The notes below the pieces were generated by a model. The model saw nothing but the letters and a program-made list of their open reading frames with translations, did not search any database and was not told the DNA's origin. DNA of 64,000 nt, from positions 147,901 to 211,900 of the forward strand of contig SCUS01000102.1 in the NCBI GenBank assembly GCA_004297725.1. The letters run 5' to 3'. Below, one piece after another: positions 56,129 through 64,000 of this stretch (position 1 is its first letter; each line of letters opens with the position of its first letter). Both the position numbers and the translations under genes were made by a program. Origin of the DNA: Myxococcaceae bacterium (GTDB lineage: Bacteria > Myxococcota_A > Polyangia > Polyangiales > Ga0077539).

Positions 56129-57644
56129 TTCGGCCTCCCTGGTTGCTGCTTCCGCCCGTGGTGCCGCCGCCGGTCCCCGTCGTGCGGGGCCTCTCGGTGC
56201 GGGCGCCGGGGCAACGGAACTCGATGTCCAACGTGTACTTCTGTCGGTTGTCCCCGGGGGTGGTGGTCACCCGCCCGGGGCGCACCTCCGGGAAGCAGGG
56301 GTAGCTGCTCAGCCACTCGACCACCTTGTCGCGGTCGGACAGCGTGCTCACGACGCCCTGGAGCTGCACGTGCTCGCCGCGGATGTCGAGCTGCTCGACG
56401 TCGTGGCGCACGGTGTCGTTGATGCGCTGCGAGAGCACGCCCAGCACGTCGAAGGCGTCGGCCCCGGGCATCGGGTCGACGTCGTCGCGGTGGGAGTCTC
56501 CCCGGGCCATGGCCATCGCTCGCGTCGGGTCTTCCACCGGCTCGCCGTACACCTCCTGGGTCACCGTGCGAAGGGTCTCTTGAAGTCGGTTGCGCTCCGC
56601 GGCGAGGCCCTGGTAGCGCGCCCACGTCGCCGCGCCCCAGAATCCCACCATCGCCAGCGCCGCCGCCGCGAGGTACGGCGCCCGCTCCCGCAGCACCTGC
56701 GCGCCCCCGGAGACGGCGAGGGCCCCCTTGCGGAGGTCGACGCGCTTCGAGCGCCCCAGGCCGCGCGCCGCGAGCGCCACCGCCACCGGGGCCTCCCAGA
56801 ACGCGTACTCCCCCGCCGAGGGACCGAGCTGGATCGCACCGCTCGGCAGCGGCATCACCAGCTCCGTCGGGAGCAGCGTGGCCTCCAGCACCGGCTGCTG
56901 CGTCCACTGGGCCTCGAGCCCGCAGAGGTACGCGCGCTCGATGGGCGGGCCGTCCGCCGCCGCCCACGCCGCCACGCTCTGGCGCATCGCGCGGGCGCGG
57001 GCCGCGGGCGTGGTGAGCGCCGTCACCGTGCGGGCGAACACCGTGACGCCGCTGCGCAGCACCGCCACCTCCGCCCGGGAGTCCTGCGCGTAGACCAGCA
57101 GCACCGGCCCCGGCACCGCGAGCTCGGGGATCTCCGCCGCCAGCTCGCCGAGCGCCATCGGCGACACGCCGAGCTCGCGCGGCTCCAGGCCCCCGAGGAT
57201 CATCGCGTCGAGGTAGCCCTTCACCCGCTCCCGGATCGCCGCCACCGCCAGCAATGGAACCGGGTCGCCCGGCGCGGTCACCTGCGCGTCGACCACCGCG
57301 TCGTCGACGTCGAAGGGCACCGCGCCCTCGAGCTCCGCCAGCAGCGCCTTCTCCCCGCGCTTCCACACCGCGCGCGGCAGCGAGATGGCGCGGATGGACG
57401 CCTCGTGGCCGGGGAGCGACGCGTAGACCCCGTCGAGCTCGGCGGGCTGAGTCCCCGGCGTGGTGCTCGCGAGGAGCCCCTGCACCAGCGACGCGAGCTC
57501 CCTCGTGGCCGCCTGCAGCCCTTCGGGGCCGGGCGGGCGGTTGACTGCGAACACGGTCTCCAGGAGCAGCTTCTTGTACGCGGTCTTCAAGACCGCGCCC
57601 TTCAACTGCGACTCCGTGACCTCGATGCCCAGGTAGCGTGCCAT
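56112..57644 (-). CDS. gspL: Type II secretion system protein GspL (PilM-like actin-fold plus TM plus periplasmic domain)
   Basis: 510 aa. MARYLGIEVTESQLKGAVL is a PilM/GspL-like N-terminus. TM helix YLAAAALAMVGFWGAATWA. Position between gspK and gspM. Confidence 0.7.
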   Translation of the reverse strand: MARYLGIEVTESQLKGAVLKTAYKKLLLETVFAVNRPPGPEGLQAATRELASLVQGLLASTTPGTQPAELDGVYASLPGHEASIRAISLPRAVWKRGEKALLAELEGAVPFDVDDAVVDAQVTAPGDPVPLLAVAAIRERVKGYLDAMILGGLEPRELGVSPMALGELAAEIPELAVPGPVLLVYAQDSRAEVAVLRSGVTVFARTVTALTTPAARARAMRQSVAAWAAADGPPIERAYLCGLEAQWTQQPVLEATLLPTELVMPLPSGAIQLGPSAGEYAFWEAPVAVALAARGLGRSKRVDLRKGALAVSGGAQVLRERAPYLAAAALAMVGFWGAATWARYQGLAAERNRLQETLRTVTQEVYGEPVEDPTRAMAMARGDSHRDDVDPMPGADAFDVLGVLSQRINDTVRHDVEQLDIRGEHVQLQGVVSTLSDRDKVVEWLSSYPCFPEVRPGRVTTTPGDNRQKYTLDIEFRCPGARTERPRTTGTGGGTTGGSSNQGGRSGGGA

Positions 57645-57656
57645 CCGTCTCGGTCC

Positions 57657-59075
57657 TCAGTCTTCCCGCCAGTAGATCACAGTGCCGCCCTGCGCCTGCG
57701 ATACGCCGAGCCCGCCCTGCGAGGTCGTCGCGATGTTCATCCCCGCCGCCCGCATGAAGGTCGACGGCAGCTCGGGCTGCGGTCGCATGTCGATCACCGC
57801 GTGCACCCTCACGTGCGCGGCCCCCACCTGCGCCTCGGCGTACACCGAGAACACCTTGCTCTCGACGGTCACCGAGCGCTCGAGCCCGGACACGTCGCGC
57901 ACCACGAAGGGCCGCATCCCGAGCTGCGTCAGCATCGTCCCCATCGGCGGCCGGCCCTGCACCGTCCCGACGAAGTTCGACGGCGACGAGAACAGCGGAA
58001 TGCCCATGGAGAGCGTCATGCCCTGCACCATGGTGATGGTCGTGATGAACGCCGAGGCCTGCGAGAGGTCCTGGCACTGCGGCGCGTCCGGCGAGTAGGC
58101 GCACACCAGCGCCAGCAGCGTCTGCGCGTTGGCCGTGTTCACGTTGACCGCCCCTTGGCCCCACACCGTGAGCGTGCGCCGCCGGGGGTTCGCCGGGTCC
58201 GGGTCGACCACCGCGTGCCAGAGGTCGTCGTCGCCGAAGCCGCGGATCATCCGAAGCTCCTCGATGCTGTCGAGGGGCGCGTTGCGGCGCCGGCCGGGCG
58301 GGCGCAGCCGCTGGTAGAAGCTGTCCTCCGGAGCCGTCGAGGCCGCGGAGGCCGTGCTGGCGAGGAGGCTCTGCGCGTCGAAGGTCGTCTCGTCGAAGTC
58401 GATGTAGTCGATGACGTTGGAGAGCAGCGTCGGACGGTCGGTGAACTGCCCGTCGGAGTCGCGCTGCTCGAAGAAGCCGTTGAGCCCGGGGTTGAAGACC
58501 AGCCCCTGGAGCTGCCTGGCCAGGAGGATCTGCGCCACCGACGAGCGCACCGCGCTGTTGACGTTGATGCGCGAGTCCTCGTCGATGATGACCACCGGGG
58601 AGAGCCCCGTGAGGCCGCCCAGGTTCTTCGCGGTGTCGAAGCTCACCCGCGCCAGCTCGCCGAGCGCGCCGGCGCCCTCCTGAGAGCGAAACGGGCCGAT
58701 GATCAGGTCGGCCTGCTCCCACACCGGAATCTGCGGCGGCGCCGCGAGCCCGCGCCCCATCATCGCCATCAGCGGCGTGAGAATCGGCGCGATGGTGCGG
58801 CGGATCACCGGCTCGGAGTTGAGCACCACCCGGGCGAGGTTGACCGCGCTGCGGGCCTGCGCCTCGGCGATGAGCTGGTCGCGCGCCACCGCCGCGGAGA
58901 GCGAGTAGACCTCCACGTCGTCGCGGGTCTGCTCGGCCATCACGAACATCAGCGCGATCGACGCGAGCACCATGATCAGCGCCACGCCCGCCTGGTCCCG
59001 ACGGCCGCGCGCGCCTCGGCGTCGCGTCGCGCGGCGCCTGCGTCGGGGCTTCGGGGTGGTGGTCTCGTCGCTCAT
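57657..59075 (-). CDS. gspK: Type II secretion minor pseudopilin GspK
   Basis: ATG 59075. The basic N-terminus is followed by QAGVALIMVLASIALMFVM, which lacks Glu+5 as is typical for GspK. Large periplasmic domain of 472 aa. Confidence 0.75.
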   Translation of the reverse strand: MSDETTTPKPRRRRRATRRRGARGRRDQAGVALIMVLASIALMFVMAEQTRDDVEVYSLSAAVARDQLIAEAQARSAVNLARVVLNSEPVIRRTIAPILTPLMAMMGRGLAAPPQIPVWEQADLIIGPFRSQEGAGALGELARVSFDTAKNLGGLTGLSPVVIIDEDSRINVNSAVRSSVAQILLARQLQGLVFNPGLNGFFEQRDSDGQFTDRPTLLSNVIDYIDFDETTFDAQSLLASTASAASTAPEDSFYQRLRPPGRRRNAPLDSIEELRMIRGFGDDDLWHAVVDPDPANPRRRTLTVWGQGAVNVNTANAQTLLALVCAYSPDAPQCQDLSQASAFITTITMVQGMTLSMGIPLFSSPSNFVGTVQGRPPMGTMLTQLGMRPFVVRDVSGLERSVTVESKVFSVYAEAQVGAAHVRVHAVIDMRPQPELPSTFMRAAGMNIATTSQGGLGVSQAQGGTVIYWRED

Positions 59076-59083
59076 CGGTGGTC

Positions 59084-59791
59084 TCAGTAGATCGGCAGAC
59101 CGAAGGTCAGCACCCGGGTCATCACCAGCGGGGTCTCGGTGCTGTACACGCGCTCCTCGCGGCGCTCCCCTTCTTCGACGGAGAGCAGCACGCGCACCCG
59201 CGCCGGGAGCCGACCCGGCTGCCCCGTGGCCTGGGTGGTGTCCCAGACGTCGGTCCACTGCTCGGTGGTGGCGTCGAAGTACTTCAGCTCGAAGCGCCGC
59301 ACGTTGGGCACCAGCACGTCGAGCACGCCGCCGTGCTGCGGGTCCGTGTCGATGCGCGCCTGCTCACGGCGCAGGAGGTCCATGCCGCTGCCGCCGCGCC
59401 GGTCGGCCAGGCGGTAGCCCACCTCGCAGGCGTCGCCCTCGTGGCTGCCCCGGCGAAGCCGCCGGTGCGTGAAGGTCGCCATGTCGAGCTGCGACCCTCC
59501 AGAGCCTCCGCCCCGCCCCATGAACTGCGTCGTCGCCGCGAGCAGGGTCTGCGTCTGGTTCACGTGCAGCGAGAGGTAGGCCCCGCGCAGGTCGCGCGTG
59601 ATGCGGCCCAGCGCCGTGCGCATGAGGTAGTCGTTCTCCTGCCGGTAGCCGATGCGCGCTCGCAGCTTCGAGGTCTGGTCGAAGGACGCCCAGATCATCG
59701 TCGACACCATGATCAGGATCGCCGACGCGACCATCACCTCCAGCAGCGTGAGCCCGCGCTGGGCGCGGCGTCGGGGCCTCGCGGCGCTCAC
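59084..59791 (-). CDS. gspJ: Type II secretion minor pseudopilin GspJ
   Basis: GTG 59791 overlaps the gspI stop (GTGA). Prepilin motif QRG/LTLLEVMVASAILIMV. 235 aa. Confidence 0.75.
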   Translation of the reverse strand: MSAARPRRRAQRGLTLLEVMVASAILIMVSTMIWASFDQTSKLRARIGYRQENDYLMRTALGRITRDLRGAYLSLHVNQTQTLLAATTQFMGRGGGSGGSQLDMATFTHRRLRRGSHEGDACEVGYRLADRRGGSGMDLLRREQARIDTDPQHGGVLDVLVPNVRRFELKYFDATTEQWTDVWDTTQATGQPGRLPARVRVLLSVEEGERREERVYSTETPLVMTRVLTFGLPIY

Positions 59792-60561
59792 GGCGACCTC
59801 GGCGGCGGCGTGTTGCCGGGGGGGGTCGGCGGGGTCCCCGGCGGAGTGCCCCCGAGGGCGTTGAGCATCTCCGCGGTGGGCAGCGTCTGGCCGGGGTTGG
59901 TCACGTACTCGACGATGGCGAACGAGTGCTCCCGCTCGCCCTCGTGCCAGCGCACGGTGACCGTCAGCCGACGGATCGCGCCCTCCAGCAGCGGCTTCAC
60001 CGTGGGGTACACCGTCGTGAGCAGGGTGCCCGCCATGTCGCGCGGGGAGGGCGCCCCGGTCGGCGCGCCGCTGCCACCGGCCGCACCGCCGGCACCGCCC
60101 ATCATGCCCATGGCGCCCGCGAGCCCGCCGAGGGCCACGCCGCCGTCGCCGCCGCTGACCCCGCTGGTGCCGCCGAAGGAGGTGCCCGACGCGGCGCTCG
60201 CGGCCCGCCCGAGGATCTGGTTGCCCGCCGCGGTCTCCACCGTCGCGGGGTTGGGCAGCTCGATCTTGTCGACCTGGGCGTCGCAGGTCACCCCGTCGGT
60301 GCAGCAGGGCTGCTCGCCCATGGTGGGCGGGTCGTCGAGGGCCTTGTCCAGCGGCGGGAGCTGGTTGCGCACCAGCCACGCCTCGGCCTCGGTGAGCCGG
60401 CAGCGGCCCATCATCGTCGCGCGGGTGAGCGCGCGGGAGTGCATGGTGCTGCGCGCCGCGATGATGTTCGACGAGAACACCACCGTCATCGCCATCGCCA
60501 GGATCGCGATCGCGAACATCACCTCGATGAGGGTGAAGCCCGACTGCGCGCGGCGCCTCAC
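59788..60561 (-). CDS. gspI: Type II secretion minor pseudopilin GspI (unusually long, Gly-rich insertion)
   Basis: Prepilin motif QSG/FTLIEVMFAIAILAM. At 257 aa it includes GTSFGGTSGVSGGDGGVALGGLAGAMGMMGGAGGAAGGSGAPTG. Confidence 0.7.
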   Translation of the reverse strand: MRRRAQSGFTLIEVMFAIAILAMAMTVVFSSNIIAARSTMHSRALTRATMMGRCRLTEAEAWLVRNQLPPLDKALDDPPTMGEQPCCTDGVTCDAQVDKIELPNPATVETAAGNQILGRAASAASGTSFGGTSGVSGGDGGVALGGLAGAMGMMGGAGGAAGGSGAPTGAPSPRDMAGTLLTTVYPTVKPLLEGAIRRLTVTVRWHEGEREHSFAIVEYVTNPGQTLPTAEMLNALGGTPPGTPPTPPGNTPPPRSP

Positions 60562-61301
60562 TGCTCCGCCTCCCGGATGCGCTGGTCGCGCAGGTCGACG
60601 TCGCGCTCGTCCGTCGAGCTCTCGTCGATGCTCGGCAGCTCGATCGCGTGGTCGAAGATCTCGGGTCTCCCGGACGCGCCGTGCAGCATCACCGAGAAGG
60701 TCTCGTCGTTGCCTCCGTGCAGGTGCACCACCGCGGGCTCGGCCGAGCCGCCGGTGAAGAAATAGATGTGCCCGTCGCCGGTCTCCCGAGGCTCGGACTC
60801 GTGCGAGCTGTAGAGCCGGGTGAACTCGATGCCCTCCAGCTCTCGCACCCGGTAGCGGTTGCCCTGCGGTCGGGCGAACTCCGCCCTCGGGGCCCGCGGA
60901 CGGAGGTTGATCTGCGCCTCGGCCTCGCGCCGGGCGATCGCCTCGATCTGCTCCGCGTCGACGGTCGCGCCGCCCGCGCGCAGCGGGTCGTTGGGGTCGA
61001 GCACGTGGGCGTCCTCGGTGTCCTCGATCCAGACCCGGTTGCCGCCCATGGAGAAGACCAGGCGCGTGGCGCGGCCGGTGGTGAGCGAGTGGACGTAGGC
61101 GAAGCGCATCGCCGCGGCCACCCGCGCCGCCCCCGCGCGGAGGCGCCCGCGGCGGGTGGCGCCGAAGCCCACCACCGCGCTCGACGCCATCAGCCCCGCG
61201 AGCAGCACCACGATCATCATCTCCAGCAGCGTGAACCCGCGCGACCGCGACCGCGCCGCCCGGCGCGTCGGTGATCCATGGTCGGCGGGGCTCACGCGCA
61301 C
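60558..61301 (-). CDS. gspH: Type II secretion minor pseudopilin GspH
   Basis: Prepilin motif SRG/FTLLEMMIVVLLAGLMA. 247 aa. Position between gspG and gspI. Confidence 0.7.
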   Translation of the reverse strand: MRVSPADHGSPTRRAARSRSRGFTLLEMMIVVLLAGLMASSAVVGFGATRRGRLRAGAARVAAAMRFAYVHSLTTGRATRLVFSMGGNRVWIEDTEDAHVLDPNDPLRAGGATVDAEQIEAIARREAEAQINLRPRAPRAEFARPQGNRYRVRELEGIEFTRLYSSHESEPRETGDGHIYFFTGGSAEPAVVHLHGGNDETFSVMLHGASGRPEIFDHAIELPSIDESSTDERDVDLRDQRIREAEQ

Positions 61302-61310
61302 GGCTTCAGC

Positions 61311-61742
61311 TCAGTTGCGGCGTCGAGGGACGTCGTCCTCGTTGCCGTCGATCGCGTCCGGGCCCTTGGAGTGGACGCTGCTCTCGCCGCCCTCACAGGA
61401 GATGATGTACTCGTTGTCCCACGGGTCCTTGGTGCGCTGGCGGCGGTTGAGGATGCCGTCCGAGACCAGGCGCTCGACCGTCGGGCAGCCGGAGGGGTGG
61501 TCCTGCCGCCAGAGCTCGATGGCGTGCTCCATGGTGCGCACCTCCTGGCCGGCGGTGTCGACGCGGGCCTTCTTGGCCTGGTCGAACACGGCGATGCCGA
61601 CGGCGCTGGCGATCAGGCCCATGATCACCACGACGATCATGATCTCGACCAGGGTCATGCCGCGCATGCGGTGGCGTCGGCGGGGCGCCGGGCGCGAGAG
61701 CGCGCGCAGCGCGAGGGCGAGGCGATGGCGTAGGGTGTTCAT
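61311..61742 (-). CDS. gspG: Type II secretion major pseudopilin GspG
   Basis: ATG 61742 with AAGGAG upstream. Prepilin motif MRG/MTLVEIMIVVVIMGLIA. GspG C-terminal pattern ...KDPWDNEYIISCEGG...SKGPD. Confidence 0.85.
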   Translation of the reverse strand: MNTLRHRLALALRALSRPAPRRRHRMRGMTLVEIMIVVVIMGLIASAVGIAVFDQAKKARVDTAGQEVRTMEHAIELWRQDHPSGCPTVERLVSDGILNRRQRTKDPWDNEYIISCEGGESSVHSKGPDAIDGNEDDVPRRRN

Positions 61743-61771
61743 GCCGGTATGGCTCCTTTGCGTAGGCTCGT

Positions 61772-62173
61772 TCATTCGACGCGATCCAGCCCGAAGGATG
61801 CCTCCGGGCCACCTGACACAACGTCCGCCGAGGCGGGGAACTTCCCCCCCGGGCACGTGAAGAGAAACTCGCGGCCCCAGCCGTCGAGGCGCACCTGCGC
61901 GAGGTAGCGCGGCGCCCCGTCGGTGACCTCCGGCGGGCGCACCAGCTCCGCGATGCCGCTCGGGCAGCGCCCGTGGTCGGCGCGGAAGGCCTCCGTCGCG
62001 CGCTGCACCGACACGATGGCCGAGCGCGTCGCGTGCACCCGCCGCCCGTGGTCGCTCACCGACACCGCGCCGGTGATGGCCAGCAGCGCGACCCCGCCGC
62101 CCACGAGGCCCCGGGCGTGCCGCACCGAGGCCCAGGCGAACCACCGGCGACGGCGCTCCCAGGAGAACTCCAC
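61772..62173 (-). CDS. GspG-paralogous pseudopilin-like protein lacking the canonical prepilin motif
   Basis: GTG 62173 lies within track ORF 61772-62746. The C-terminal domain parallels GspG (FRADHGRCPSGIAELV...LDGWGREFLFTCPGG...SGGPE versus WRQDHPSGCPTVERLV...KDPWDNEYIISCEGG...SKGPD). The N-terminus ARGLVGGGVALLAITGAV has no G-F-T-L-x-E. Confidence 0.6.
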   Translation of the reverse strand: MEFSWERRRRWFAWASVRHARGLVGGGVALLAITGAVSVSDHGRRVHATRSAIVSVQRATEAFRADHGRCPSGIAELVRPPEVTDGAPRYLAQVRLDGWGREFLFTCPGGKFPASADVVSGGPEASFGLDRVE

Positions 62174-62199
62174 CGTGCGCTCGATGCCGCGCCGCGGGC

Positions 62200-63492
62200 T
62201 CAATTGGCGAACTCGTTGAGCTGAAGCAGCGGCATCAGGATCGCGAACGCGATGCCGCCAGAGGTCGAGCCCATCACCACGATCATCACGGGCTCGAGCA
62301 GCGAGGTGAGCACCGACACCCGCGCGTCGATGGCGTTGTCGTAGGAGCTCGCGACGGCCTCGAGCATGGACTCCAGCTCGCCGCTTCGCTCTCCCACGGA
62401 GATCATCTGCGTGACCATCGGGGGAAAGCGCCCGGAGCGCTTCAGCGGCTCGGCGATGCTCTCGCCCTCCTTGATGGACACCGTCGCCTCGGTGATCACC
62501 GCCTCGAGCACGCGGTTCTCCATGACGTTCTTGACGATGTCCATCGCCTTGAGGAGCGGCACGCCGGAGGAGAGCAGCGTCGCCAGGGTGCGGGTGAAGC
62601 GCGAGATCGCCACCATGCGGGTGAGCTCGCCGAACACCGGCACCCGTAGCTGGAAGGCGTCCCAGCGGTACGCGCCCTCCGGGGTCGACTTCCAGCGGCT
62701 GAAGCCATAGCCCACGAGGCCCGCGAGCAGGATGAGCGCCCACCACCAGTTGGCCACGATGTTCGACACCCCGATGAGCGCCGCGGTGTACCAGGGCAGC
62801 GCCTGGCGGAAGTCGTCGAAGATCGCGCTGACCTTCGGCACCACCACCACCATCATCATCCCGACGATGCCGACGCCCATCAGGGCCATGAAGGCCGGGT
62901 ACGCGAGGGCGCCGACGATCTTGCCCTTCAGCTTGACCTGGCCCTCCATGAAGTCCGCGAGGCGCATCAGCACCGCCTCCAGCGTCCCAGAGGCCTCGCC
63001 CGCCGCGACCATCGAGATGTACAGCCCGGGGAACATCCTCGGGTGCTGGGCCAGCGCCACCGCGAAGCCCGTCCCCTCGTTCACCCGGTCGCGCACCTCG
63101 CGGTAGGCCTCGCGCAGCTCCTCGTTCTCGAGCTGCTCCAGCAGCGCCGTGAGCGACTCCACCAGCGGGATGCCCGCCTTCACCAGCGTCGCGAGCTGCC
63201 GCGTGGAGAGGGCCACCGCCTGGCTCGGGTTCGACGCGAGGCGCTTGAGCGCGTTGAGGATCTTCAGCAGCCCCGGGGCGCTCACCGCGAGCCCGCTGGT
63301 GCCGCCCGCCGCGGCGCTCGCGACCGCCCTGGCCTTCGCGTCCACGGCGCCCTGGGCGAGGGGCGTGGCGTCGTCGAGGAAGATCCCCTGCCGGCGCAGC
63401 GCCTGACGCACGCCCTTCAGGTCGTCGGCGTCGACGGTGCCCCGCACCGTCTTGCCGCGCGCGTCGACGCCCGTGTAAGCGAAGTGACCCAT
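62200..63492 (-). CDS. gspF: Type II secretion inner-membrane platform protein GspF
   Basis: 430 aa. MGHFAYTGVDARGKTVRGTVDA is a typical GspF/PilC N-terminus. Two repeated cytoplasmic domains and three TM regions. Confidence 0.9.
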   Translation of the reverse strand: MGHFAYTGVDARGKTVRGTVDADDLKGVRQALRRQGIFLDDATPLAQGAVDAKARAVASAAAGGTSGLAVSAPGLLKILNALKRLASNPSQAVALSTRQLATLVKAGIPLVESLTALLEQLENEELREAYREVRDRVNEGTGFAVALAQHPRMFPGLYISMVAAGEASGTLEAVLMRLADFMEGQVKLKGKIVGALAYPAFMALMGVGIVGMMMVVVVPKVSAIFDDFRQALPWYTAALIGVSNIVANWWWALILLAGLVGYGFSRWKSTPEGAYRWDAFQLRVPVFGELTRMVAISRFTRTLATLLSSGVPLLKAMDIVKNVMENRVLEAVITEATVSIKEGESIAEPLKRSGRFPPMVTQMISVGERSGELESMLEAVASSYDNAIDARVSVLTSLLEPVMIVVMGSTSGGIAFAILMPLLQLNEFAN

Positions 63493-63499
63493 CGCTGGC

Positions 63500-64000
63500 C
63501 TACACGTCGTCCTGGGTGGCGGCGAGCACTTCCTCGAGCGTCGTGTGACCCTCGAAGACCTTGCGGATGCCGTCGTCCCGGAGCGTGTCCATGCCCTCCT
63601 CCACGGCGCACCGGCGGATCGTCGGCGAGTCGACGTTCTTCAACACCAGCGAGCGCACCGCGTCGCTCACCAGCAGCAGCTCGTAGATGCCCGTGCGGCC
63701 CTGGTACCCGGTGTTCTGGCACGCGGCGCACCCGCGCGCACGGTAGAGGGTCACCGGCGCCCCGGCGGCGATGCGGGCCGCCACCTTGGCCGCGGGCGAG
63801 CCCCCGAAGGCGCTGCGGCCGTAGCGCGTCTCCGGGCGGGCGAGCTTCGCCGCGAGGCGCTCGGCGTCGATGCCGATGCGCGCCAGGTCGACCTCGCGAG
63901 GGGTGTACGGCTCCTTGCAGAGCGGGCACAGCACGCGCACCAGGCGCTGCGCCAGGATCGCCAGCAGCGAGCTGGTGAGGTGGAAGTTCTCGATGCCCAT
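63500..64000 (-). CDS. gspE: Type II secretion ATPase GspE (C-terminal fragment; 5' end outside window)
   Basis: LLAILAQRLVRVLC, the tetracysteine motif CPLC...CAAC, and GYQGRTGIYELL. The Met at 64000 is an internal residue that coincides with the window edge. Confidence 0.9.
   Translation of the reverse strand: MGIENFHLTSSLLAILAQRLVRVLCPLCKEPYTPREVDLARIGIDAERLAAKLARPETRYGRSAFGGSPAAKVAARIAAGAPVTLYRARGCAACQNTGYQGRTGIYELLLVSDAVRSLVLKNVDSPTIRRCAVEEGMDTLRDDGIRKVFEGHTTLEEVLAATQDDV

Noticed and set aside
63998-64000. ATG at the window edge as the gspE start codon
   Set aside because: The 166 aa shown correspond only to the C-terminal part of GspE (tetracysteine motif and C-terminal domain). The Walker motifs must lie beyond the window.

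Overview
Very GC-rich bacterial chromosome segment (roughly 70% GC by eye; G/C at almost every third codon position), densely coding. I support about 57 CDSs. I saw no rRNA, tRNA, CRISPR array, integrase or transposase. Gene content suggests Myxococcota, which is an inference only: nine lipobox lipoproteins, several built from Cys-rich CGxCG modules and FG-GAP repeats, two Hanks-type Ser/Thr kinases, an FGE-domain protein, a myxobacterial-type GspN and an RpoH-like sigma factor.

Layout, left to right:
- 1-3.5 kb: secreted hypothetical protein, DEDDh exonuclease, LytS/LytTR two-component pair.
- 3.5-11.8 kb: H1/AlgP-like K/A-repeat protein, M28 peptidase, glk, methyltransferase, hisC, Ser/Thr kinase, ridA, one hypothetical.
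- 11.8-14.8 kb: a 227-bp perfect palindromic element, then an SPFH / NAD-kinase-like / NrtR-like operon.
- 14.8-21.2 kb: purA, then a 4-gene glycosyltransferase / CDP-alcohol transferase operon.
- 21.2-27.8 kb: FG-GAP lipoprotein, a TPP enzyme divergent from an acyl-CoA dehydrogenase.
- 27.9-32.2 kb: a 1441-aa Cys-rich repeat lipoprotein.
- 32.4-54.4 kb: pyrE, radical SAM/SPASM enzyme, second kinase, TPR-like lipoprotein, TonB-dependent receptor, cytochrome c, FGE-domain lipoprotein, Cys-rich/FG-GAP lipoprotein, trpS, rsmI, RpoH-like sigma, CHRD lipoprotein, MFS transporter, SpoU methyltransferase.
- 54.4-64 kb (minus strand): a type II secretion operon, gspE (partial)-F-(G-like)-G-H-I-J-K-L-M-N.

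Best candidates for something undescribed: (1) the translationally coupled SPFH / divergent NadK-fold / Nudix-dead NrtR-like operon with an AT-rich palindromic operator; (2) the 227-bp perfect palindrome immediately upstream of it; (3) the giant lipoprotein with 15 tandem 129-bp Cys-rich modules. No homology search could be run, so every family call rests on motifs I recognise in the translations. Many long ORFs in the supplied track are antisense or out-of-frame artefacts of high GC.
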